This document shows positions 1 through 7,800 of a stretch of DNA of 12,195 bases, piece after piece. Position numbers and translations under genes: made by a program. How positions within the stretch are numbered: the stretch's first letter is position 1; the number at the start of each line of letters is the position of its first letter. The DNA is from an uncultured Candidatus Bathyarchaeia archaeon (GTDB taxonomy: Archaea > Thermoproteota > Bathyarchaeia > Bathyarchaeales > Bathycorpusculaceae): contig CAYVGZ010000047.1 in NCBI GenBank assembly GCA_964450845.1, positions 1-12,195 of the forward strand, given 5' to 3'. The notes below the pieces were generated by a model, which worked only from the letters and a program-made list of their open reading frames with translations, was not told the origin of the DNA and did no database searches.

Positions 1-1415
1 TTTTGCTCCCCAACCTTAGCAACGACCACGGTGATGCCTCCTGGACCCATTCCTTCTTTAAGAGTGAACTCTTTCGGAATAACTGTAGCAGCACCAATCT
101 CGAAAGGTAACGGTTTCAGAGAAACAGCCTTTGCCAAGCATGTAACTGCGGCAGTTTTTAACGCATCTAAAGCTTCTTGCATGTTTGTTGTTCCATCAAT
201 GCTGTTATGCGCGTTAATTACAACGCAGCAGGTTAACCCGTGCCTTTCTGCTTCTTGACGAACAAACAGTCCTAATTCTTGTGGCAAGTCTTCAGTCGTC
301 TTGGGTGCAAGAGTAAACGAAAGGAAAGCAAAATTACCGAAAGCTTGACAGCATGCCGTGGCCAAGCCATTACTAACCTTAATAAACGGGGTCGCCTTTG
401 CCATCGAAACCTTGAGGTTCGCGGACTCGACAACCTGATTTATTATTTTTTGATTTTGAATTTGAGAAGCTAAATCAAACTCATGACCAAGCAAGCCGTG
501 AGGAACACACGCAACACAGCCAAGTTTCGTTTCTAAAGCGGTTTTAAGCATTGATGGCAAAAGGCTACTTCCGACGTTTTTGAACGGCCCAGGATGAACG
601 GCGGGAACGACTATGACCGCTTTAGGTTTGGAGGAATCAAACTTTACTAACGAAATTTCAACATCTTGATTTTCACCTAATTTTTCAAGAAATTCTTCGA
701 ATGGACCATTTAGGCCCACTATCCAGTTAAGCAAAAACGCCTTGAAAAGAGGTAGTGATGGAACTCCCAGTGATTGTATTCCTACACGGTTTAAAATAGA
801 AATGAAGAGTAAACTTGAAATGAGACCTACAATCAGCGAAAAAATGATGAAAAACAGAATAGGTGCTATTTGATATCCCTCTATTGCCCAAGACCAAAAC
901 ACTAAAAATGGAATTATACAAGAAAAAGGTTGAAGAAAAGAAGCCGCGAAAACTCGTTTATAACCTGTAGAGGATGTTGAAAGTAACACTATTGAACGCA
1001 AAATTATCACTGCTGAAAAGCCTAAAAGAGAAAGTCTAATCCACCATGACAAACCAACCGACATAGCAACAGCAGCACCTACAAAAATGAAGAAAACCCA
1101 CAAACCCCAGCTGAAAAGGGAAAGTGCCATAGTCCGCCTCAAACCATAAATTGGATCTCGCCTTAAAACCACCATGCTCACTGCATAGTCAATAACCAAA
1201 TTCACAAAAAATAGGGAGCAACCCAGAAGCAAGCCATTAACTACTCCTTCAGGAAAGGGAAAAAGGATGATGGTAGAAAGCGCCACCCCACCTATGCTGG
1301 TCAAAGCTAGAAGTAAAAGCACTTTTTTGTATGATGGAATCATAAATAAAGATGAATAATGCTTAACTGCCCTATCCATAGACTGACTTAATGACGCCAC
1401 AGTCGTCACATTCAT
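1..1415 (-). CDS. DUF2070 / COG3356 family membrane protein (predicted membrane-associated hydrolase); 3' end runs off the window
   Basis: Not in the ORF track; translated by hand as an open frame from ATG 1415 (or GTG 1409, 6 nt after GGAGG at 1420-1416) to the window edge. Starts MNVTTVASLSQSMDRAVKHYSSLF, then several hydrophobic segments (~aa 30-235), then a soluble domain with VHPGPFKNVGSS, VPHGLLGHEFDL, TLAPKTTEDLP, VINAHNS and GMGPGGI, motifs I recognise from DUF2070. Confidence 0.85.
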   Translation of the reverse strand, partial: MNVTTVASLSQSMDRAVKHYSSLFMIPSYKKVLLLLALTSIGGVALSTIILFPFPEGVVNGLLLGCSLFFVNLVIDYAVSMVVLRRDPIYGLRRTMALSLFSWGLWVFFIFVGAAVAMSVGLSWWIRLSLLGFSAVIILRSIVLLSTSSTGYKRVFAASFLQPFSCIIPFLVFWSWAIEGYQIAPILFFIIFSLIVGLISSLLFISILNRVGIQSLGVPSLPLFKAFLLNWIVGLNGPFEEFLEKLGENQDVEISLVKFDSSKPKAVIVVPAVHPGPFKNVGSSLLPSMLKTALETKLGCVACVPHGLLGHEFDLASQIQNQKIINQVVESANLKVSMAKATPFIKVSNGLATACCQAFGNFAFLSFTLAPKTTEDLPQELGLFVRQEAERHGLTCCVVINAHNSIDGTTNMQEALDALKTAAVTCLAKAVSLKPLPFEIGAATVIPKEFTLKEGMGPGGITVVVAKVGEQ

Positions 1416-1433
1416 CCTCCAAGCGAATTTTTG

Positions 1434-1457
1434 TATAAAAGTTACAAGCATATTAAA
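1434..1457 (-). promoter_or_regulatory. candidate TATA-like elements for the DUF2070 gene
   Basis: Minus strand reads TTTAATA (1457-1451) and TTTTATA (1440-1434), 20-40 nt upstream of the start; cannot tell which is used. Confidence 0.35.
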
Positions 1458-1635
1458 GTGTCGCGAAACCGTTCATAATTCTCACGAAAAGTTGAAACAT
1501 TCTTTAAATAATCATTATATACCTTGGTCTTTCGCTTTTAACATGAACGATTAAAAACCGGGTGACAATAACCATAGTGGACATACTATCGCAACATTAC
1601 TGCAACAATACTTGGGAAGGGGCAACTGTTTTATC

Positions 1636-1642
1636 TTTAAAG
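1636..1642 (+). promoter_or_regulatory. candidate TATA box for a leaderless transcript of the Sm-like gene
   Basis: TTTAAAG ends ~28 nt upstream of ATG 1670, and there is no SD motif before that ATG. Confidence 0.4.
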
Positions 1643-1669
1643 CTTCAACTATAAGGTTTTGCGAATCCT

Positions 1670-1957
1670 ATGCCAGAACAAGGTATACCACCAACAATAT
1701 TTCATATGCTCGAGAAAAATTTAAGCAAGAAAATACGTGTGATTCTGGATCCCTCCTATGGTTTTGAAGGAACGTTGGTGGCCGTAACGCATGAACCTGC
1801 GGGGATATGGCTTTCCGACGCTGAAGCCGTCATACTACGTGCGACTATTGCCCAGCCTATTCCACAAGTTGCAGGCAGAGAAGAAAGAAGTGAAATATTC
1901 GTCCATCTTAACTCTGTCCAGCGAATAGAAATTTTGCATGTAACTCCTCGTCGTTAA
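1670..1957 (+). CDS. divergent Sm/Lsm-fold protein (95 aa)
   Basis: Sm1-like pattern LSKKIRVILDPSYGFEGTLVAV...GIWLSDAE and Sm2-like EIFVHLNSVQRIEI; size and N-terminal helix plus beta-strand spacing match the Sm fold. The canonical D..N and RG residues are absent. Confidence 0.65.
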   Translation: MPEQGIPPTIFHMLEKNLSKKIRVILDPSYGFEGTLVAVTHEPAGIWLSDAEAVILRATIAQPIPQVAGREERSEIFVHLNSVQRIEILHVTPRR

Positions 1958-1967
1958 AATTAATAGT

Positions 1968-2138
1968 CTAGAAGAAGGCATTTGCTAGAACACATACGAT
2001 TATTAATGCTATTGCTAATGCTACAAGGATTTCTGGTTTAACTTTGACCCCTTCGGTTTCTTCTTCAAAGAATCTGAGCAACCCTGCGCTTGCTGCGGGC
2101 ATTGGTGATGATTTCTCTTTCTTCTTTTTCTTGCTCAT
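1968..2138 (-). CDS. secG: preprotein translocase subunit Sec61beta (archaeal SecG), 56 aa
   Basis: Below the ORF-track cutoff; translated by hand: MSKKKKKEKSSPMPAASAGLLRFFEEETEGVKVKPEILVALAIALIIVCVLANAFF*. Basic N-terminus, the AGLLRFFEE...K.P family motif, and one C-terminal transmembrane helix. Confidence 0.95.
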   Translation of the reverse strand: MSKKKKKEKSSPMPAASAGLLRFFEEETEGVKVKPEILVALAIALIIVCVLANAFF

Positions 2139-2260
2139 TTAGAAACACTCTTTTAAAGATTCAGGTAATTCCTACGATTTTCTCCATTATTAACGTTGCG
2201 TTATCTCAAAAGAATATTTATTTGTGGATGGGTGATAGTGTGATGCAAAAGGTGGCTTTG

Positions 2261-3577
2261 ATGTCAAATCCTCGAGACGAATATAATCATGTGTTTGACC
2301 TTCTACAACAACATCACAAATGGTTTCAGGAATGTATACCGCTTATAGCAAGCGAAAACATTCCAAGCCCAGCCGTCCGCGAAGCCCTCACAACAGATTT
2401 TGGAAACCGCTATGCTGAAGGGTGGCCTGGAGAACGTGTTTATGCAGGTTGCCGCTTTATTGATCAGGTAGAGTTCAAATGCATTGAACTCATGAAAAGA
2501 CTCTTTAACGCAGAGTTTGTAGATGTTAGACCAATTTCAGGCGTCGTTGCAAACCTAGTTGTTTACACTGCTTTCACAGAACCAGGTGATACAACAATGT
2601 CTTTGTCTATCCCATGCGGCGGGCACATCACAACAGGAAAGAAAGAGTTGGGGGGCACAGCCGGAGCCGTGCGAGGCTTAATTGTGGAATATTTACCCTT
2701 GGATTACAAGGAATTAAACATCGACGTTGAGAAGGCGAAAAGCAAGATTGCGGAGCTTTCAGCAAAAGGTAGGACACCTAAACTCGTCATGTTCGGCGCA
2801 AGCGTTTTCCCGTTTCCCCATCCTATCAAAGAGTTAGCCGAAACAATTCATTCGGTGGGTGCAACGGTTGGATATGATGCGGCACATGTTGCGGGTTTAA
2901 TTGGTGGAGGACAGTTTCAAGACCCTCTTAAGGAAGGAGCAGATGTCGTCAGTCTAAGCACACACAAAACATTCTTTGGACCCCAACATGGCGGCGTTCT
3001 TTCATGGGAGAAAAACGCTGAAAAAATAAAGCGTGCAACATTCCCAGGAATGGTAAGCAACCATCATCTACACGCAGTTGCAGGTGTCACAATCGCTTGT
3101 GCAGAAATGCTTGAGTTTGGAAAAGAATATGCAAGTCAGATAGTGAAAAACGCCAAAGCCCTAGCTCAAGCACTTTATGAAAGGGGATTCAACGTTTTGG
3201 CAGAACATAAAGGCTTCACAGAGTCTCATGTCATCCTAATCGATATAACGAAATCTGGCGACGGCGGCACAATTGAGGAAACGTTGGAAAAGGCAAACAT
3301 AATAATTAACAGAAACTTGCTGCCTTGGGACATTAAAGAAGGAAGACATTTCATGCATCCAGGTGGCATAAGGCTAGGTGTTTCAGAAATCACGAGGCTA
3401 GGAATGAAAGAGTCTGAAATGTCCGAAATAGCAGAATTCATCAAACGCGCAATAATAGACAAAGAGCCGCTAGAGAAAGTGAGGACAGACGTTACTGAAT
3501 TTAGAAAGGGATACCAGAAAGCGTACTACTGCTTCGAAAACTCGACAGAAGCCTACAAGTACGTAAAAATCCGCTAG
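2261..3577 (+). CDS. glyA: serine hydroxymethyltransferase, archaeal type
   Basis: LIASEN, RYAEGWPGERVYAGC, GGHIT, YDAAHVAGLI, PLP-lysine motif STHKTFFGPQHGG, NRNLLPWD, GIRLGVSEITRLG. Start placed at ATG 2261 (GGTGG 5 nt upstream); ATG 2243 (GGTGA upstream) is an alternative. The track's start at 2090 overlaps sec61beta on the other strand and is unlikely. Confidence 0.97.
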   Translation: MSNPRDEYNHVFDLLQQHHKWFQECIPLIASENIPSPAVREALTTDFGNRYAEGWPGERVYAGCRFIDQVEFKCIELMKRLFNAEFVDVRPISGVVANLVVYTAFTEPGDTTMSLSIPCGGHITTGKKELGGTAGAVRGLIVEYLPLDYKELNIDVEKAKSKIAELSAKGRTPKLVMFGASVFPFPHPIKELAETIHSVGATVGYDAAHVAGLIGGGQFQDPLKEGADVVSLSTHKTFFGPQHGGVLSWEKNAEKIKRATFPGMVSNHHLHAVAGVTIACAEMLEFGKEYASQIVKNAKALAQALYERGFNVLAEHKGFTESHVILIDITKSGDGGTIEETLEKANIIINRNLLPWDIKEGRHFMHPGGIRLGVSEITRLGMKESEMSEIAEFIKRAIIDKEPLEKVRTDVTEFRKGYQKAYYCFENSTEAYKYVKIR

Positions 3578-3589
3578 AGCGAAAAAGGC

Positions 3590-4192
3590 ATGAAAGCTTT
3601 TGGTATAGCGTTTAGCGCAAGGAAAAAAGGCAACTGTCTAAATTGCATAGAATACGTGTTGGCAAAGCTGAAAGAAGAGGGATTCGAAACTGAAGTCATT
3701 AATGCCTATAATCTTGAGGTAAAACCTTGTAGCCACTGCAACTACGAATGCTTTACCAAAGAATTAAGAGGCAAAAAAGAAAAATGCCCAATTCGAGATG
3801 ATGTTCCAAAAATCTATGGCAAAATGAAAGCAGCAGATGTAATTGTTCTCGCGGTTCCAACGTACGGCGGCAAAGCCGCGGGTTTGTATTGTGCCTTTAC
3901 AGAAAGGATGCAGGGAATTATCAAAAACTATGAAAAATTCAAAAACACCATATTAAACAAAATCATAGCACTAATTGTTATCGGAAATATTCCTGCGGGC
4001 GGCGACCTTGCATATCACACAGTCATACTAGACTATAAAGACTGCAAATACCCACTGCAATCAGTGCTGTTACAAGCTGCTGAATATGGTAAAGGGTCAA
4101 TATACGGGAATCTAATTGAGGATGAAAGAGTAAGGGACAGATTAGACAACTCAATAAAGTCAATACTTGAGGACTGGAAACGTAAGCGGTAA
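3590..4192 (+). CDS. flavodoxin-fold iron-sulfur flavoprotein (Isf / NADPH-dependent FMN reductase family)
   Basis: FMN loop SARKKGN, Cys cluster CSHCNYEC-x11-C followed by PIRDD, and ADVIVLAVPTYGG, all typical of WrbA/Isf-like proteins; 12 nt after glyA. Confidence 0.85.
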   Translation: MKAFGIAFSARKKGNCLNCIEYVLAKLKEEGFETEVINAYNLEVKPCSHCNYECFTKELRGKKEKCPIRDDVPKIYGKMKAADVIVLAVPTYGGKAAGLYCAFTERMQGIIKNYEKFKNTILNKIIALIVIGNIPAGGDLAYHTVILDYKDCKYPLQSVLLQAAEYGKGSIYGNLIEDERVRDRLDNSIKSILEDWKRKR

Positions 4193-4224
4193 CACCGCAG
4201 ATCACAATAATACGGGTGAAGAGA

Positions 4225-4512
4225 TTGCATATATCTGAGTTTCAGAAAATGATGTACCGACTATATTTCCATAGAGATTGTGAACGAGGCGTTAGAGGCA
4301 CGTACAATTGGCTTTTGGACGAACTGAAGGAGTTGAAGGAAGCGTTGGAATCTAATGACAAAAAAGCCTTGGAAGATGAATTCGCCGATGTTATTGCATG
4401 GTTAGCTTCGCTCGCAAACATCACCAACGTAGACCTTGAAAAAGCGACCATTAACAAATATGATGGCAAATGTCCAAAGTGTAGGCACTCACCCTGCCAG
4501 TGCACTTTTTAG
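4225..4512 (+). CDS. single-domain MazG-like nucleotide pyrophosphohydrolase with C-terminal Cys4 knuckle
   Basis: DELKELKEA...EDEFADVIAWLASLAN acidic MazG motif; tail KYDGKCPKCRHSPCQC. Start placed at TTG 4225, 5 nt after GGTGA (4215-4219); the track uses GTG 4216. Confidence 0.9.
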   Translation: MHISEFQKMMYRLYFHRDCERGVRGTYNWLLDELKELKEALESNDKKALEDEFADVIAWLASLANITNVDLEKATINKYDGKCPKCRHSPCQCTF

Positions 4513-4787
4513 CTCAAGTTCACTAGGCGTTTCTGTCCTAAACCAGTTAGCATCCAAATGTGCGGTTTACTTTGTTTTCGTTCGATTATCCCTTCTGCCT
4601 CTAAAAGCCTTAGGTGGTGCGTAACAACTCCGTAATGCATTTCTGTTTCTTTGGAGATGGTTCTTGCATCTACAGAATGCTTATCCAAAATGTCCAGTAT
4701 TCGTGTTCTTGCATGTAGCCCACGCTTGATGTTTTTTATATTAGCTAAGTAAGCTTTAGGATGATATGCCTCTCTTAACATTTTCAT
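4509..4787 (-). CDS. small winged helix-turn-helix protein (ArsR-like)
   Basis: RTRILDILDK...ARTISKETEMHYGVVTHHLRLLEAEGIIERK..KPHIWMLT is a wHTH pattern. Start uncertain (ATG 4787 or 4781; track 4802). Its stop overlaps the MazG stop by 4 nt (convergent). Confidence 0.8.
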   Translation of the reverse strand: MKMLREAYHPKAYLANIKNIKRGLHARTRILDILDKHSVDARTISKETEMHYGVVTHHLRLLEAEGIIERKQSKPHIWMLTGLGQKRLVNLS

Positions 4788-4823
4788 CAAGAACAATAAC
4801 ACAGATGCCTTAGAAAAGTTTTC

Positions 4824-7800
4824 TTAAGCAAAATCTGTTAAGCTTATTTGCTTTGGCTTCTTACCCCCAAACAGAGCGTTAATCTCCTCTTTCACAAGCA
4901 AAATCCTTTGAGCATAATACCGCGGCAATCTATATTTATCAATCAAACTCTGCGCTGCCTCCAAGTATTTTTCGATGCCCCCACGATAAACAGTCAACGT
5001 TAATGGTCCACCACAAGCTGAACATACGCCACGTAGAGGTAAACGTCGAAAACGTCTGTTGCATGACTTACATCTAAAGCCTTGCGTTGAAAATGCCCGC
5101 AGGTTTCCAGCAATGTCTCGAATAAAGTGTCTAGTTAAAACTTTTAGGGCCACTTTTTTGGCGTCTACAGCCTCGATTTTCTCAGCCAACTCAAGTTGGC
5201 TGTTCAGTTTCTCCACCATTGTTTTAAATTGCTTGTATGCACTTTCAGCATTTCCCATGTTAATATTGGAAACGGGCGTCGTAGATTTGAAGCCTTCAAA
5301 CTGTGCCTCAGTGCCAAGCCTATACTCAATAAGGTCTATGAGGCGGCTAACATGTCTTGCTTCAACATTTTCCCATGTTTTCTCATAAAACTCAAGCGGA
5401 TAAACATCGGCAACGTCAACATCATGTACTTGCCTCTGCACTTCTTGCGTATTAACGATTGGAATTAGAAGCAGCGGAGCATCCATTATTCCGCCTATTT
5501 GCGCGGGCAAGTAACCATGCGAAAAGTCAAGAAGGGTGTCTAAAGCCAGCATTAAAGCGTCTTCGTCGCCGTCGCAATCCCTCCGCTTGGCTGAATGCCA
5601 GATTGGATGGGCATAACAGATGTTTAGATTTGTGAAGCCTACGATGCGACCTAAAATGCCAACAGAAGTGTGAGGAGCTAAACCAACAACCAAATGCCCG
5701 ACAAGGTCTTCCATCCGCTTGACATTGTAGTAAGGTGGAAGCCCATAAACCTTCATTAACATCTCATCTATGAAATTCGCAACTCGTATGAAGTATTCTA
5801 CACATTTCATGGGAATGACAACATCTTGAAGCTTTAGTTCACATATCTGGTTTGAATCCGTCAATGGCATGTCATAAATGTCTTGAGCATAGCCAAGCTG
5901 TCTAAGCTTTTCAACTGGAACCCCAATCTCAGCAGGCTTAAAATGAGTCAGTGGAGCATTTGTGGAATCGAAACGTGTCGTTCCATCCTTGTAAACAGAT
6001 AAATCATATTTTGCACGTAAAATACCTTTTTCAATAATTTCTGGAGTCCTCGTTTCATTTGTTAAACCTTTGACGCCTTTTAAAACCTTAGGCATAGAAA
6101 CTCCTAGACGGCTACATGTGCTCTCAAGCAATTCCCTAAAATTAACAATTTGCCTTTGATAATTTTTAGCGGGCAATTTACAGACTGAACACTCGTTCCC
6201 CTTCAGATTTTTCCCGCAACGAGGGCAAGTCTTCTCATAAACTGTTTCAGAGCCACAAGCAGGACATTTAACCTTAAAAGTGTAGGTATCACAAATTGGG
6301 CATTTACGTTTAACAACTTCAACGGCAACATGCTCTTTTTTCACCGCTTCCATAACGTCTCTTTGTGCACCCCCAGCTAAGCCAACTGGAAAAAGAACAT
6401 GAACAAGAGGCTTCATCTCACGTCTCTTGGCTTTTTCCGGTCTTCCCATCCGTGAACCTACGAGTGTTGGAGCCTTTTCCAAAACATGCACACCAGACAA
6501 TAAACTAATTGCCTCTAAAAGAGATTTAGCAGAAGAAAAGTCCACATTCTTGGACTGCCCATAGCCGAGACAAAACGCAAATGCACAAGCATAATCGCCT
6601 TCAATAGTAATTTTGCCATCCAAAACTTTGTGTGGCAAACATAATGCCTCCAAAGCCTTCTTTGCATTTGTCTCCATTCCTCCAACAATTTTGTTGACAA
6701 AACCATTTTCATAAGACACTTCAGCGTTAAGAAGCCATTTTATCAACATTTGAAGCTCGTCAATTGAGGAGAGATTTGACCAGAAAAATGTGAAGGCAGG
6801 GTGAAGAGGCACATGCAACGTTAACGATAAGGATACAGCCTCTCTAACGCTGGGCTTGTTAGCAAACGGGTTTTCCAAAAAAACTTTCAATCTTTCTGCA
6901 GGAATGTTCATGGTTTTTGCGGCACTTTCAAAGTCTCCATTGAATCTTCCCGCAAGCGGTTTTAGCAGGTCCTCAGCCCACCACTCTTCAACATAACCGG
7001 AAGGTGCAAGAAGCTTACTGTTATACAAAAAGTCTCCGAAACTAATCAAAATGTCACCCAAAAAAAGGATTTTCTCGATTTCACCTTTTATCTCTTTGAA
7101 ATTTTCAACGGAAACGCGGACAACGGACCCGTCTCTTAACAGAACAATAGGTGGCTCCACAGAATCAACTGGAACAGCAATTCCACCCTTTCCCGGAAGC
7201 TCTAAACGCAGTTGCGTACCTGCAGCCAGAAAACCGTTAAGCACAAGCATCGTAGCCGGATGAATGCCAACAGCAGCTAGACCCGTGTTCCGTGCTCTAC
7301 CGTATCTTAAACGAAAACCGCCTCGCCTAGAGGGAAACGAAAACACTGGACGCCCAGCAATAACGTCATCCATAAAACCAGCAGATTTTCTCTCAGATTT
7401 TTTACGAAACTCCTTAAGCCAATCCCACCCTTGAATCCCAAGCTTCTCAATGATTGCCAAAACCTTTAAAGCACGCCCAATAACGCCGTCATTTACAACT
7501 CTAAGTGCTCCGCCCCTAACGCGGTTAGTCTCTATCCGAGGAAGATTTCGAAAAGAAGAAACCTCAACTGGATCCGATTCGGTGCCAGTTACTTCAACCG
7601 GAAGCCATTCAAGTGCCTTCCGCAACTCTTCATCCGAAATATGATATTGAAAGCGCCCTACAGAACGTTCGTAAAGCCTCATCTCTTCAATAAACCGTGA
7701 TATCTCTTCCTCTGTAGGTTTATAACGGTCAAGTCCAGATAGCCGCCTAACGAAATCTCCAACAACTAGCGTTAAAGCTTGGTCTGTTCCGCCAGCGGAC

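Noticed and set aside
31-921. ORF-track entries 31-258, 279-473 and 727-921
   Set aside because: Antisense or out-of-frame shadows of the DUF2070 gene.
1562-1654. 30-codon GTG-started ORF (MTITIVDILSQHYCNNTWEGATVLSLKLQL) in the 1416-1669 gap, plus a 26-codon minus-strand ORF
   Set aside because: No recognisable motif or ribosome-binding site; overlaps the likely promoter; length expected by chance.
1995-2025. Short repeated TAATGCTA units
   Set aside because: They are the reverse complement of the Ala/Leu/Ile codons of the Sec61beta transmembrane helix.
2090-2260. 57-aa N-terminal extension of GlyA in the ORF track
   Set aside because: It overlaps sec61beta on the opposite strand and the divergent promoter region; SD-supported starts exist at 2243 and 2261.
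3575-3592. glyA and the flavoprotein are in frame, separated only by TAG plus four sense codons (possible amber/pyrrolysine readthrough fusion)
   Set aside because: Same-frame adjacency has about a 1-in-3 chance; GlyA ends at a normal family length; TAG ends 5 of the 13 visible genes, so it behaves as an ordinary stop; no pyl genes are in the window.
3226-4624. ORF-track entries 3226-3462, 4023-4205, 4033-4230, 4242-4505 and 4436-4624
   Set aside because: Shadows of glyA, the flavoprotein, MazG and wHTH; no protein-like motifs.
5559-5588. Known DP2 intein insertion site next to the catalytic CDGDED motif
   Set aside because: The motif is contiguous and the protein is normal length (~1140 aa); no intein.
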